Below are positions 29,400 to 36,915 of a stretch of 64,000 nucleotides of DNA, one piece after another. The stretch's first letter is position 1. The number at the start of each line of letters is the position of its first letter. The stretch covers positions 7,822-71,821 of the forward strand of contig CANKZJ010000006.1 of NCBI GenBank assembly GCA_947488605.1, written 5' to 3'. Both the position numbers and the translations under genes were made by a program. The DNA is from an uncultured Rhodobacteraceae bacterium. Its GTDB lineage: Bacteria; Pseudomonadota; Alphaproteobacteria; Rhodobacterales; Rhodobacteraceae. The notes beneath the pieces were generated by a model, which was given only the letters and a program-made list of their open reading frames with translations, did not search any database and was not told the origin of the DNA.

Positions 29400-31088
29400 G
29401 TGCGTAAAGCGTTGAAATGGATGATTGGGTGCGTCGCTATTTTGGCCATCGGTGTTGCGGGCTACGCGCAAAACATCGGGAACGAAACGCTGCTTCAACA
29501 GGTTCTAATCGTCTTCATCATTCTTCTGGCCGCCATGTATGTGTTGCGCCGTCTTACGCCAAAACCAGTTATGTTTGAATCGCTGGGCGAAGACACCAAT
29601 GATATGGAAGTCTACCGCAGCGCACTTCAGGCGCAGGAAGCCTACCGCAACCCAATTGGCCCTAGCACAATTGCCGACGAGATTATCGTGGACGACGGCG
29701 CAGACACCGAAGACGAGCTTTATCTGGTCTTTGCGCGCCTTGATGGGGTGAAAACCGGGGCGCAATTTCGGGACCGTGCCAGCCAAATCATTGAAGAACA
29801 CGATCTCACGCCTCTGAGCGACAGCGAAATTGACCGGCTCGCGGATTTCATTGACACCAAAGACCTGCGAGGTCAGTCCTTTATTCGGACCCCCGGCGTG
29901 GCATTTGCGCGGCAGGTCCGGGCTGACATCGATATTGAATATGCAGGGACCAGTTGGCTTGGTGGCACCCCGACTTTGGGTGACTTGCACTGGCCCCGCG
30001 ATGAAAATGGCAAAGCCATGCACCACCTTGCACAGATTGATCTGGCTACCCTGCCCATCTCAAAACGCCCCGAAGGGCTGCCTGAAACCGGTGCGCTTGC
30101 ATTCTTCATGACAACATCGGACGACTTTCCCTACCCCGCCCGCGTCATCCATATTCCCGAAATTGGCGATACTGCGTCAGAACCACCAGACAATGCGGAC
30201 CCGATCTATCACGGGCCCCATTGGGGTAAGTTCATCAAGGGGCACGCGCGCGAGGATGCGCCAATGACGTTCCCACGGTGGCCGGTTGAAATGATCCCAT
30301 TGCCGATGACCAATCCCAATAACGACCGTGACGCGCGTCACTTTATTGCGGACCTGTTTCCACAACAGTCGGCGTCAGAGCTTACGCCCAGTAGTTATCG
30401 CGACGCACTCCCCGACTTTGCAAGACCTTGGTTTTGGGACACCGCACATCGCGTTGCAAATTCACTGCGCATCGCCCGCGAGGATTTCCCCAAGACGGCT
30501 AAACTGCTGCAAACCATGGTCGACGAACATGGCGAACAACATCAGCCCGCACTTGATGCTCTTTTGAACGACCAAGTCGAATTCTCCAACTTCGTGGATG
30601 AGGTCAGTGTTTGGGCCGTGTCACACGAGCCGTGGGATCAGATGACGATCCAAGATGCCCATATGCTGGCCTATCACTTTGAGCAGGTGAAAGACACGCG
30701 CAAACAAAAGGCCCGTTTCAGACAGTTCTACAGCGGCACCGCAGGCGAACTTTCCGGCCTTTATGAAGCAACCGAAGCCACATTGATGGCCGCGGCCAAC
30801 GGCCCACCCGACGTCTTCGCCTGCCTGCCACGCCGCGTGCGTGACGATATCGATACAAAATACCGGATGGCATCCAAGGACCGTTGGCACCAGATGTTTG
30901 GCCTTGGTGCGCAATCCAAAACTGCGGCGGCCGACCACACACATCATCATCTGCTGCTACAGCTTCACACTGACCAGTTTCACAATTGGGACTGGGATGA
31001 TGGTGGTGTCGTGCAATTCTGGATCTCGGAAGACGCCCTGCGCAAACAGGACTGGGACAAAATTGATCTGACGATTGCGCGGATCTAG
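29400..31088 (+). CDS. membrane-anchored DUF1963 (YwqG-like) domain protein
   Basis: GTG start 12 nt after the glxA-like stop. Two N-terminal hydrophobic helices are present. The DUF1963-like halves are ..WLGGTPTLGDLHWP..HHLAQIDLATLP..GALAFFM and ..HHLLLQLHTDQFHNWDWDDGGVVQFWISEDAL.., separated by about 270 aa. Confidence 0.65.
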   Translation: MRKALKWMIGCVAILAIGVAGYAQNIGNETLLQQVLIVFIILLAAMYVLRRLTPKPVMFESLGEDTNDMEVYRSALQAQEAYRNPIGPSTIADEIIVDDGADTEDELYLVFARLDGVKTGAQFRDRASQIIEEHDLTPLSDSEIDRLADFIDTKDLRGQSFIRTPGVAFARQVRADIDIEYAGTSWLGGTPTLGDLHWPRDENGKAMHHLAQIDLATLPISKRPEGLPETGALAFFMTTSDDFPYPARVIHIPEIGDTASEPPDNADPIYHGPHWGKFIKGHAREDAPMTFPRWPVEMIPLPMTNPNNDRDARHFIADLFPQQSASELTPSSYRDALPDFARPWFWDTAHRVANSLRIAREDFPKTAKLLQTMVDEHGEQHQPALDALLNDQVEFSNFVDEVSVWAVSHEPWDQMTIQDAHMLAYHFEQVKDTRKQKARFRQFYSGTAGELSGLYEATEATLMAAANGPPDVFACLPRRVRDDIDTKYRMASKDRWHQMFGLGAQSKTAAADHTHHHLLLQLHTDQFHNWDWDDGGVVQFWISEDALRKQDWDKIDLTIARI

Positions 31089-31229
31089 GTCGCAATGCAG
31101 TCCAAAACAGTCAAATTGCCTTCTTGGGTCTGTCCGAAAGGGCAATTGACCTTTGGTTCCGACTTTCCTTTTGGAAACAGCCTGCTAAATTCGCGCTCAG
31201 GGTAAAAATATCCAACTTGGGAGACTAAA

Positions 31230-32426
31230 ATGAAAAATCTACTTATGGCGACGTCTGCCGTCGCGATGATGGCAGGGTCTGCATTCGCAGCCGGCCACAC
31301 CGAAGAAGTGAAGATCGGCGTGATCTTGGGCTTCACGGGTCCACTTGAATCCATCACACCTGCGATGGGTGCCGGTGCTGAATTGGCCATGGCCGAAGTC
31401 ACAGAATCCGGCGCATTGCTGGGCGGTGCAAAAGTCACGTCAATCCGCGGCGACAGCACATGTATCGATTCCGGTGCGGCGACAGCCGCAGCTGAACGTC
31501 TGGTCACATCCGACAACGTCAATGCCATCATGGGCGCTGACTGTTCCGGTGTAACCGGTGCGATCTTGCAAAACGTTGCACGCGCAAACGGCGTTGTGAT
31601 GATTTCGCCATCCGCGACATCCCCCGGCCTGTCATCTGCCGAAGACGACGGTTTGTTCTTCCGCACGGCACCATCTGACGCACGCCAAGGCGTGATCATC
31701 ACAGAGATCCTTCAGGATCGTGGCGTCAGCGAAGTCGCTTTGACATATACAAACAACGACTACGGCAAGGGTCTTGCTGATGCATTCCAAGCTGAATTCG
31801 AGGCAGCTGGCGGCACAGTCACAATTTCTGCAGCACACGAAGACGGCAAAGCAGACTATTCTGCCGAAGTTGGCGCACTGGCATCTGCTGGCGGCGAAGT
31901 GTTGGTTGTTGCAGGCTACGTTGACCAAGGTGGGTCCGGCATCATCCGCTCATCACTCGACAGCGGCGCGTTCGACACATTCTACCTGCCAGACGGCATG
32001 GTTGGTGCGGTTCTGAACGACAACTTCGGTGCTGAACTGAACGGCTCTTACGGCGCGTACCCAGGTACAGACAACGCAGGCGCGGGCATGTTCGTTGAAC
32101 TGGCAGAAGCTGCTGGTTTTGACGGCACAGGCGCGTTCTCACCAGAGAGCTATGACGCTGCTGCGCTGATCATGTTGGCAATGCAGGCAGCTGGTTCTGC
32201 TGACTCCGCTGATTTCAAAGACCACGTCTTTGACGTCGCAAACGCACCCGGCGTTGAAATCATGCCAGGCGATTTGGCACGCGGACTTGAACTGCTCGCG
32301 GCTGGCGAAGACATCGACTATGTCGGTGCGTCCGCGGTTGAACTGATTGGACCCGGCGAATCCGCTGGTAACTATCAGGAAATCGAATTTGCAGATGGTG
32401 TCTACTCGACAATCAACTTCCGTTAA
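31230..32426 (+). CDS. branched-chain amino acid-type (HAAT family) ABC transporter substrate-binding protein
   Basis: Preceded by GGGAGA. Signal peptide MKNLLMATSAVAMMAGSAFA. The Peripla_BP_6-like motif VKIGVILGFTGPLESITP is present. Confidence 0.85.
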   Translation: MKNLLMATSAVAMMAGSAFAAGHTEEVKIGVILGFTGPLESITPAMGAGAELAMAEVTESGALLGGAKVTSIRGDSTCIDSGAATAAAERLVTSDNVNAIMGADCSGVTGAILQNVARANGVVMISPSATSPGLSSAEDDGLFFRTAPSDARQGVIITEILQDRGVSEVALTYTNNDYGKGLADAFQAEFEAAGGTVTISAAHEDGKADYSAEVGALASAGGEVLVVAGYVDQGGSGIIRSSLDSGAFDTFYLPDGMVGAVLNDNFGAELNGSYGAYPGTDNAGAGMFVELAEAAGFDGTGAFSPESYDAAALIMLAMQAAGSADSADFKDHVFDVANAPGVEIMPGDLARGLELLAAGEDIDYVGASAVELIGPGESAGNYQEIEFADGVYSTINFR

Positions 32427-32445
32427 TCCAAAGGGTTAACACAGC

Positions 32446-32478
32446 AACGGCGCGGGGCTTGTCCTCGCGCCGTTTTGC
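32446..32478 (+). terminator. intra-operon hairpin after the SBP gene (partial terminator or stabiliser)
   Basis: AACGGCGCG (32446-32454) pairs with CGCGCCGTT (32466-32474), followed by TTGC. Confidence 0.45.
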
Positions 32479-32519
32479 AAAACAAGATACGCAGAAACAT
32501 GCGTGCAAGGGGATGCTGA

Positions 32520-33305
32520 ATGATCGTCGTTGAAGATGTGGTTAAGACCTTTGGTGGCTTTCGCGCCGTAGACGGGGCGACCATGACCATTGAAGAAGGC
32601 ACAATCACCGGATTGATTGGCCCTAATGGCGCTGGAAAAACCACACTTTTCAATGTGATCGCAGGTGTTCTTAAACCAACATCCGGGCGCGTGACCATGA
32701 AAGGCGAGGATATCACCGGCCTGCCGCCGCACGAATTGTTCCACAAAGGTTTACTGCGAACCTTCCAAATCGCACACGAATTTTCCTCTATGACAGTACG
32801 CGAAAACCTGATGATGGTCCCCGGTGGACAATCGGGTGAAGCGCTTTGGAACACTTGGTTTGGCCGCAAGCGGATCGCTGACGAAGAGCGGGCGTTGCAG
32901 GCAAAAGCCGATGAAGTCATTGAGTTTCTGACAATTGACCACCTCAAAGAAGAAAAAGCGGGTAATCTTTCGGGCGGGCAGAAAAAGCTGCTTGAGCTTG
33001 GCCGCACGATGATGGTCGATGCAAAGATCGTATTTCTGGATGAGGTCGGCGCTGGCGTGAACCGCACGCTTTTGAACACCATCGGTGATGCAATCATTCG
33101 CTTGAACAAAGAACGCAACTACACATTCGTCGTGATTGAACACGACATGGATTTTATTGGCCGCCTGTGTGACCCGGTTATCTGTATGGCGGAAGGCCAC
33201 GTGTTGGCCGAAGGGACCTTGGACGAGATCAAGGCCAATGAGCAGGTGATCGAGGCCTATCTCGGCACCGGGTTGAAAAACAAAGACAAGGTTAGTGCGA
33301 CATGA
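32520..33305 (+). CDS. ABC transporter ATP-binding protein (LivG-like)
   Basis: Walker A GPNGAGKTT, signature LSGGQKKLLELGR, and a C-terminal LivG-type extension. Confidence 0.9.
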   Translation: MIVVEDVVKTFGGFRAVDGATMTIEEGTITGLIGPNGAGKTTLFNVIAGVLKPTSGRVTMKGEDITGLPPHELFHKGLLRTFQIAHEFSSMTVRENLMMVPGGQSGEALWNTWFGRKRIADEERALQAKADEVIEFLTIDHLKEEKAGNLSGGQKKLLELGRTMMVDAKIVFLDEVGAGVNRTLLNTIGDAIIRLNKERNYTFVVIEHDMDFIGRLCDPVICMAEGHVLAEGTLDEIKANEQVIEAYLGTGLKNKDKVSAT

Positions 33306-33460
33306 AAACGCTGATTATTCTTATTTTTGGGGCCGTTCTCGGCTCTGCTGCGACCTTTTACTATATTTACGTCAACCACGCGGATGGGACCGAGCAAGCG
33401 CTGATGCGCGATACGCTGACCACCTATGCGCCCTTCCTCGAAGAGTACATTAATCCGTGA
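33302..33460 (+). CDS. small hypothetical membrane protein (52 aa), not in the supplied ORF track
   Basis: Hand-translated as MKTLIILIFGAVLGSAATFYYIYVNHADGTEQALMRDTLTTYAPFLEEYINP. Its ATG overlaps the livG-like stop (ATGA) and its TGA overlaps the next gene's GTG (GTGA). Confidence 0.5.
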   Translation: MKTLIILIFGAVLGSAATFYYIYVNHADGTEQALMRDTLTTYAPFLEEYINP

Positions 33461-34170
33461 GTGATCCTTTCTTGATCGGGGATGCCATGACCGGTGGTTA
33501 TGGCAAAGGCCCCGATATCCTGCATTCCTGTACAATTGCCGCTGAAAAAGGCGAAATCGCAGTCATTGTTGGCCCCAACGGGGCTGGCAAATCCACTGCC
33601 ATGAAGGCCGTGTTTGGCATGCTGAACGTCAACGAAGGTGCTGTGCGCCTTGATGGCGAAGACATCACCAAACTATCCCCGCAGGAACGCGTTGTGAAAG
33701 GTATGGGGTTTGTGCCGCAGACCTCGAATATCTTCACGTCGATGACAGTGGAAGAGAACCTCGAGATGGGTGCCTTTATCCGCCGCGACGATTTCAAGGA
33801 TACTATGACGCAAGTCTATGACTTGTTCCCGATCCTGAAAGAAAAACGCATGCAAGCGGCTGGCGAGCTCTCGGGCGGTCAGCGTCAACAGGTTGCTGTT
33901 GGTCGGGCACTTATGACCCAGCCCAAGGTGTTGATGTTGGACGAGCCGACAGCGGGTGTGTCACCAATCGTGATGGACGAGTTGTTTGACCGTATTATTG
34001 AGGTCGCCCGCACCGGCATCCCGATCTTGATGGTCGAACAAAACGCGCGTCAAGCGCTTGAAATTGCTGATAAAGCTTATGTTCTTGTGCAAGGCCGCAA
34101 CGCCCACACAGGCACTGGCAAAGAACTTCTCGCTGATGAACAAGTACGGCGGAGCTTCTTGGGCGGATGA
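33457..34170 (+). CDS. ABC transporter ATP-binding protein (LivF-like)
   Basis: Walker A GPNGAGKST, signature LSGGQRQQVAVGRA. GTG start. Confidence 0.9.
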   Translation: MSDPFLIGDAMTGGYGKGPDILHSCTIAAEKGEIAVIVGPNGAGKSTAMKAVFGMLNVNEGAVRLDGEDITKLSPQERVVKGMGFVPQTSNIFTSMTVEENLEMGAFIRRDDFKDTMTQVYDLFPILKEKRMQAAGELSGGQRQQVAVGRALMTQPKVLMLDEPTAGVSPIVMDELFDRIIEVARTGIPILMVEQNARQALEIADKAYVLVQGRNAHTGTGKELLADEQVRRSFLGG

Positions 34171-34511
34171 AAATGCAGGCCCTTCTTTGCGCCACGATGG
34201 CAGGACCCGCAATGGCCGAGGTCATATCGTGCGATTTGTCCGGCGTGCCTGTCCGGTTTGAGATCGACCGCACGCAATTTGCCCCGGCGATTGACAAAAA
34301 CGAGCCCGAACGCCGCCGCGTTACAACCGTGCAAATGGGCGACGCGCAGTTCCCCGCAGAACCCATTTTGATGGGTGACGTGCGCGGTTTCTGGGCCGAA
34401 GGCCTTGCCGGATCTGACGTGATGATGGTGATGCAAGGCGACGGAAGCGCAGTTTACGCTGATACCCGCGCCGGCGAACGCCTGACAGGCACGTGTGAGG
34501 TGCTGCAATGA
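34167..34511 (+). CDS. hypothetical exported protein (114 aa) embedded in the ABC operon
   Basis: ATGA overlap with the livF-like stop. Signal-peptide-like MKMQALLCATMAGPAMA, two Cys residues (near each end of the mature part), and no recognisable family. Confidence 0.55.
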   Translation: MKMQALLCATMAGPAMAEVISCDLSGVPVRFEIDRTQFAPAIDKNEPERRRVTTVQMGDAQFPAEPILMGDVRGFWAEGLAGSDVMMVMQGDGSAVYADTRAGERLTGTCEVLQ

Positions 34512-34549
34512 ACAAACTTAACACACTGAATTCCAAGGATAGTCTCTAA

Positions 34550-35560
34550 ATGGATTTTCTGAACGCCCTCGTCGCTTTTGCGAATTTCGTGTTCGTGCCG
34601 GGTCTGGCCTATGGCGCGCAACTGGCCATCGGCGCTTTGGGTGTCACGATGATCTACGGCATCCTGCGGTTTTCCAACTTCGCCCACGGCGACACAATGG
34701 CCTTTGGAACAGCGATCACGATCCTGTTTACGACGGCTTTTATCAGCATAGGGATCACGTTCGGGCCCCTACCGACCGCCTTGCTGGCCCTGCCCTTTGG
34801 GATTGGTGCGACTATTTTGCTGCTGCTCGGCACAGACTGGGCCGTCTACAAGTTTTATCGCCAGCAGAAAGCCTCGCCCGTCATCCTCGTCATCGTCTCA
34901 ATGGGTGTGATGTTCGTGATGAACGGCGTGGTCCGTTTTATCATTGGCGTGCGTGACATTCGCTTTGCCGATGGAGAGCGCTTCATCATCACCGCACGCG
35001 AATTCAAGGAAATGACGGGCCTGAACGAGGGTTTAGCGATTAAGACGACCCAAGCGATTACTGTTGTGGTGGCGTTTATCGTGATGGCGTTGCTGTTCTG
35101 GTTCCTGAACAAAACCCGCACCGGTAAATCCATGCGCGCGTTCTCGGACAACGAAGACCTCGCGCTGCTGTCGGGTATCAACCCGGACTGGGTGGTCAAG
35201 GTCACTTGGATGATCGTTGCAGCCCTCGCTACAACTGCTGGCGTGCTTTACGGTCTTGATAAGTCATTCAAGGCATTCACCTACTTCCAACTGCTGCTTC
35301 CCATTTTTGCGGCGGCAATCGTCGGCGGGCTGGGCAACCCATTAGGTGCCATCGCGGGTGGATTTGTGATCGCGTTTAGCGAAGTCACGATCACCTACGC
35401 TTGGAAAAAGGTGCTGGTCTACTTGATGCCCGAAAGCCTAGAGCCGGATGGCCTCGTCCAGCTGCTATCCACCGACTATAAATTCGCCGTCAGCTTTGCG
35501 ATCTTGATTATCGTGTTGCTGTTCAAACCGACCGGTCTGTTCAAGGGGCAATCCGTATGA
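34550..35560 (+). CDS. branched-chain amino acid ABC transporter permease (LivH-like)
   Basis: Polytopic BPD_transp_2 permease. It overlaps the next permease gene by 4 nt. Confidence 0.88.
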   Translation: MDFLNALVAFANFVFVPGLAYGAQLAIGALGVTMIYGILRFSNFAHGDTMAFGTAITILFTTAFISIGITFGPLPTALLALPFGIGATILLLLGTDWAVYKFYRQQKASPVILVIVSMGVMFVMNGVVRFIIGVRDIRFADGERFIITAREFKEMTGLNEGLAIKTTQAITVVVAFIVMALLFWFLNKTRTGKSMRAFSDNEDLALLSGINPDWVVKVTWMIVAALATTAGVLYGLDKSFKAFTYFQLLLPIFAAAIVGGLGNPLGAIAGGFVIAFSEVTITYAWKKVLVYLMPESLEPDGLVQLLSTDYKFAVSFAILIIVLLFKPTGLFKGQSV

Positions 35561-36858
35561 GTACCGCAGTCAGAGACACCGCCCTTTTCGGTCTGGTCGC
35601 CGTCCTGTTGATTGGGACTGGCATGATCCAAGGCTGGAACTCGGCATTGCTGATCCTGAATATGGGGCTGATATCGGCCATCATGGCGTTGGGTGTAAAC
35701 CTGCAATGGGGCTTTGCGGGCCTGTTTAATATTGGTGTTATGGGCTTTGTGGCCTTGGGTGGTTTGGCCGCAGTGCTGGTATCGACCGAACCTGTGCCAG
35801 AGGCATGGCAAGCGGGTGGGTTGCGTATTTTTGCAGGCCTCGCATTGGGTGCGCTGACCGTTATTGCCGCTGTGATGGCGCAAAAACGGCTTGAAGGCCG
35901 AACAAAAACAATCGCGACATTGATCATCTTGGTCGGCGGTTTCTTCCTATATCGCGCCGTGTTTGATGGTGGAAAAGAAGCCGTCGAGGCCGTAAATCCT
36001 GCCCTGACAGGTAATCTGGGTGGTTTGAACCTGCCGATTATCCTCAGCTGGCCTGTGGGTGGATTACTGGCCGCAGGTGCCGCTTGGGTGATTGGTAAAA
36101 CAGCCCTTGGTTTGCGGTCTGACTACCTTGCCATTGCGACGCTTGGTATCGCCGAGATCATCATTGCCGTGATGAAAAACGAAGACTGGCTTGCCCGCGG
36201 TGTAAAAAACGTCGCCGGTTTGGACAGCCCTGTGCCCGATGCGGTCACGCTGCAAAACGACCCCAGCTTTGTGGAGCGTGCTGCAAGCTTGGGGCTTGAT
36301 CCCGTGCTTGGCTCAACGCTTTACAACAAAATGGGTTACGCGGTGCTATTCACCATCGTTCTGCTGATCCTACTGTGGCTGGCACAAAAGGCGCTAAACA
36401 GCCCTTGGGGTCGCATGATGCGCGCGATCCGCGACAATGAAACAGCCGCCGAAGCGATGGGCAAAGACGTCAAAAGCCGTCACTTGCAAATCTTCATTCT
36501 GGGCTCTGCTGTGTGCGGTATCGCAGGTGCGATGATGACCACGCTTGACGGGCAACTGACGCCGGGCACGTATCAACCATTGCGTTTCACCTTTCTAATC
36601 TGGGTGATGGTGATCGTTGGTGGATCGGGCAATAACTTTGGCGCGGTTTTGGGTGGTCTGCTGATCTGGTGGCTTTGGGTGCAAGTGGAACCGCTTGGCC
36701 TTGGCCTGATGAGCATTCTCAGCAGCGGTCTGGAAGATGGCAGTCCGCTGAAGGACTGGATGATCGAGTCCGCAGCACATATGCGTTTGCTGACGATGGG
36801 TCTGGTCTTGTTGCTGGTTCTCAGGTTCAGCCCACGCGGCCTGATCCCCGAACGCTAA
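35557..36858 (+). CDS. branched-chain amino acid ABC transporter permease (LivM-like)
   Basis: A polytopic permease of 433 aa, typical of the longer LivM-type partner. Confidence 0.88.
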   Translation: MSTAVRDTALFGLVAVLLIGTGMIQGWNSALLILNMGLISAIMALGVNLQWGFAGLFNIGVMGFVALGGLAAVLVSTEPVPEAWQAGGLRIFAGLALGALTVIAAVMAQKRLEGRTKTIATLIILVGGFFLYRAVFDGGKEAVEAVNPALTGNLGGLNLPIILSWPVGGLLAAGAAWVIGKTALGLRSDYLAIATLGIAEIIIAVMKNEDWLARGVKNVAGLDSPVPDAVTLQNDPSFVERAASLGLDPVLGSTLYNKMGYAVLFTIVLLILLWLAQKALNSPWGRMMRAIRDNETAAEAMGKDVKSRHLQIFILGSAVCGIAGAMMTTLDGQLTPGTYQPLRFTFLIWVMVIVGGSGNNFGAVLGGLLIWWLWVQVEPLGLGLMSILSSGLEDGSPLKDWMIESAAHMRLLTMGLVLLLVLRFSPRGLIPER

Positions 36859-36872
36859 CTTGTCCTTACGGC

Positions 36873-36894
36873 CTGCCCTGCTAGAACAGGGCAG
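36873..36894 (+). terminator. hairpin after the ABC operon (weak terminator candidate)
   Basis: CTGCCCTG and CAGGGCAG flank a 6-nt loop. The downstream T tract is poor (ATCCATTTCCC). Confidence 0.35.
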
Positions 36895-36915
36895 ATCCAT
36901 TTCCCAGAGGACCCC

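Noticed and set aside
31085-31702. 205-aa minus-strand ORF spanning the spacer and the 5' end of the SBP gene
   Set aside because: It overlaps the strongly supported SBP gene, which has a ribosome-binding site and signal peptide. Its composition is Ala/Ser/Pro-rich and low-complexity.
32423-33118. 231-aa minus-strand ORF
   Set aside because: It is antisense to the LivG-like ATPase, which has clear Walker motifs. Its Ser/Pro/Arg-rich composition suggests an artefact.
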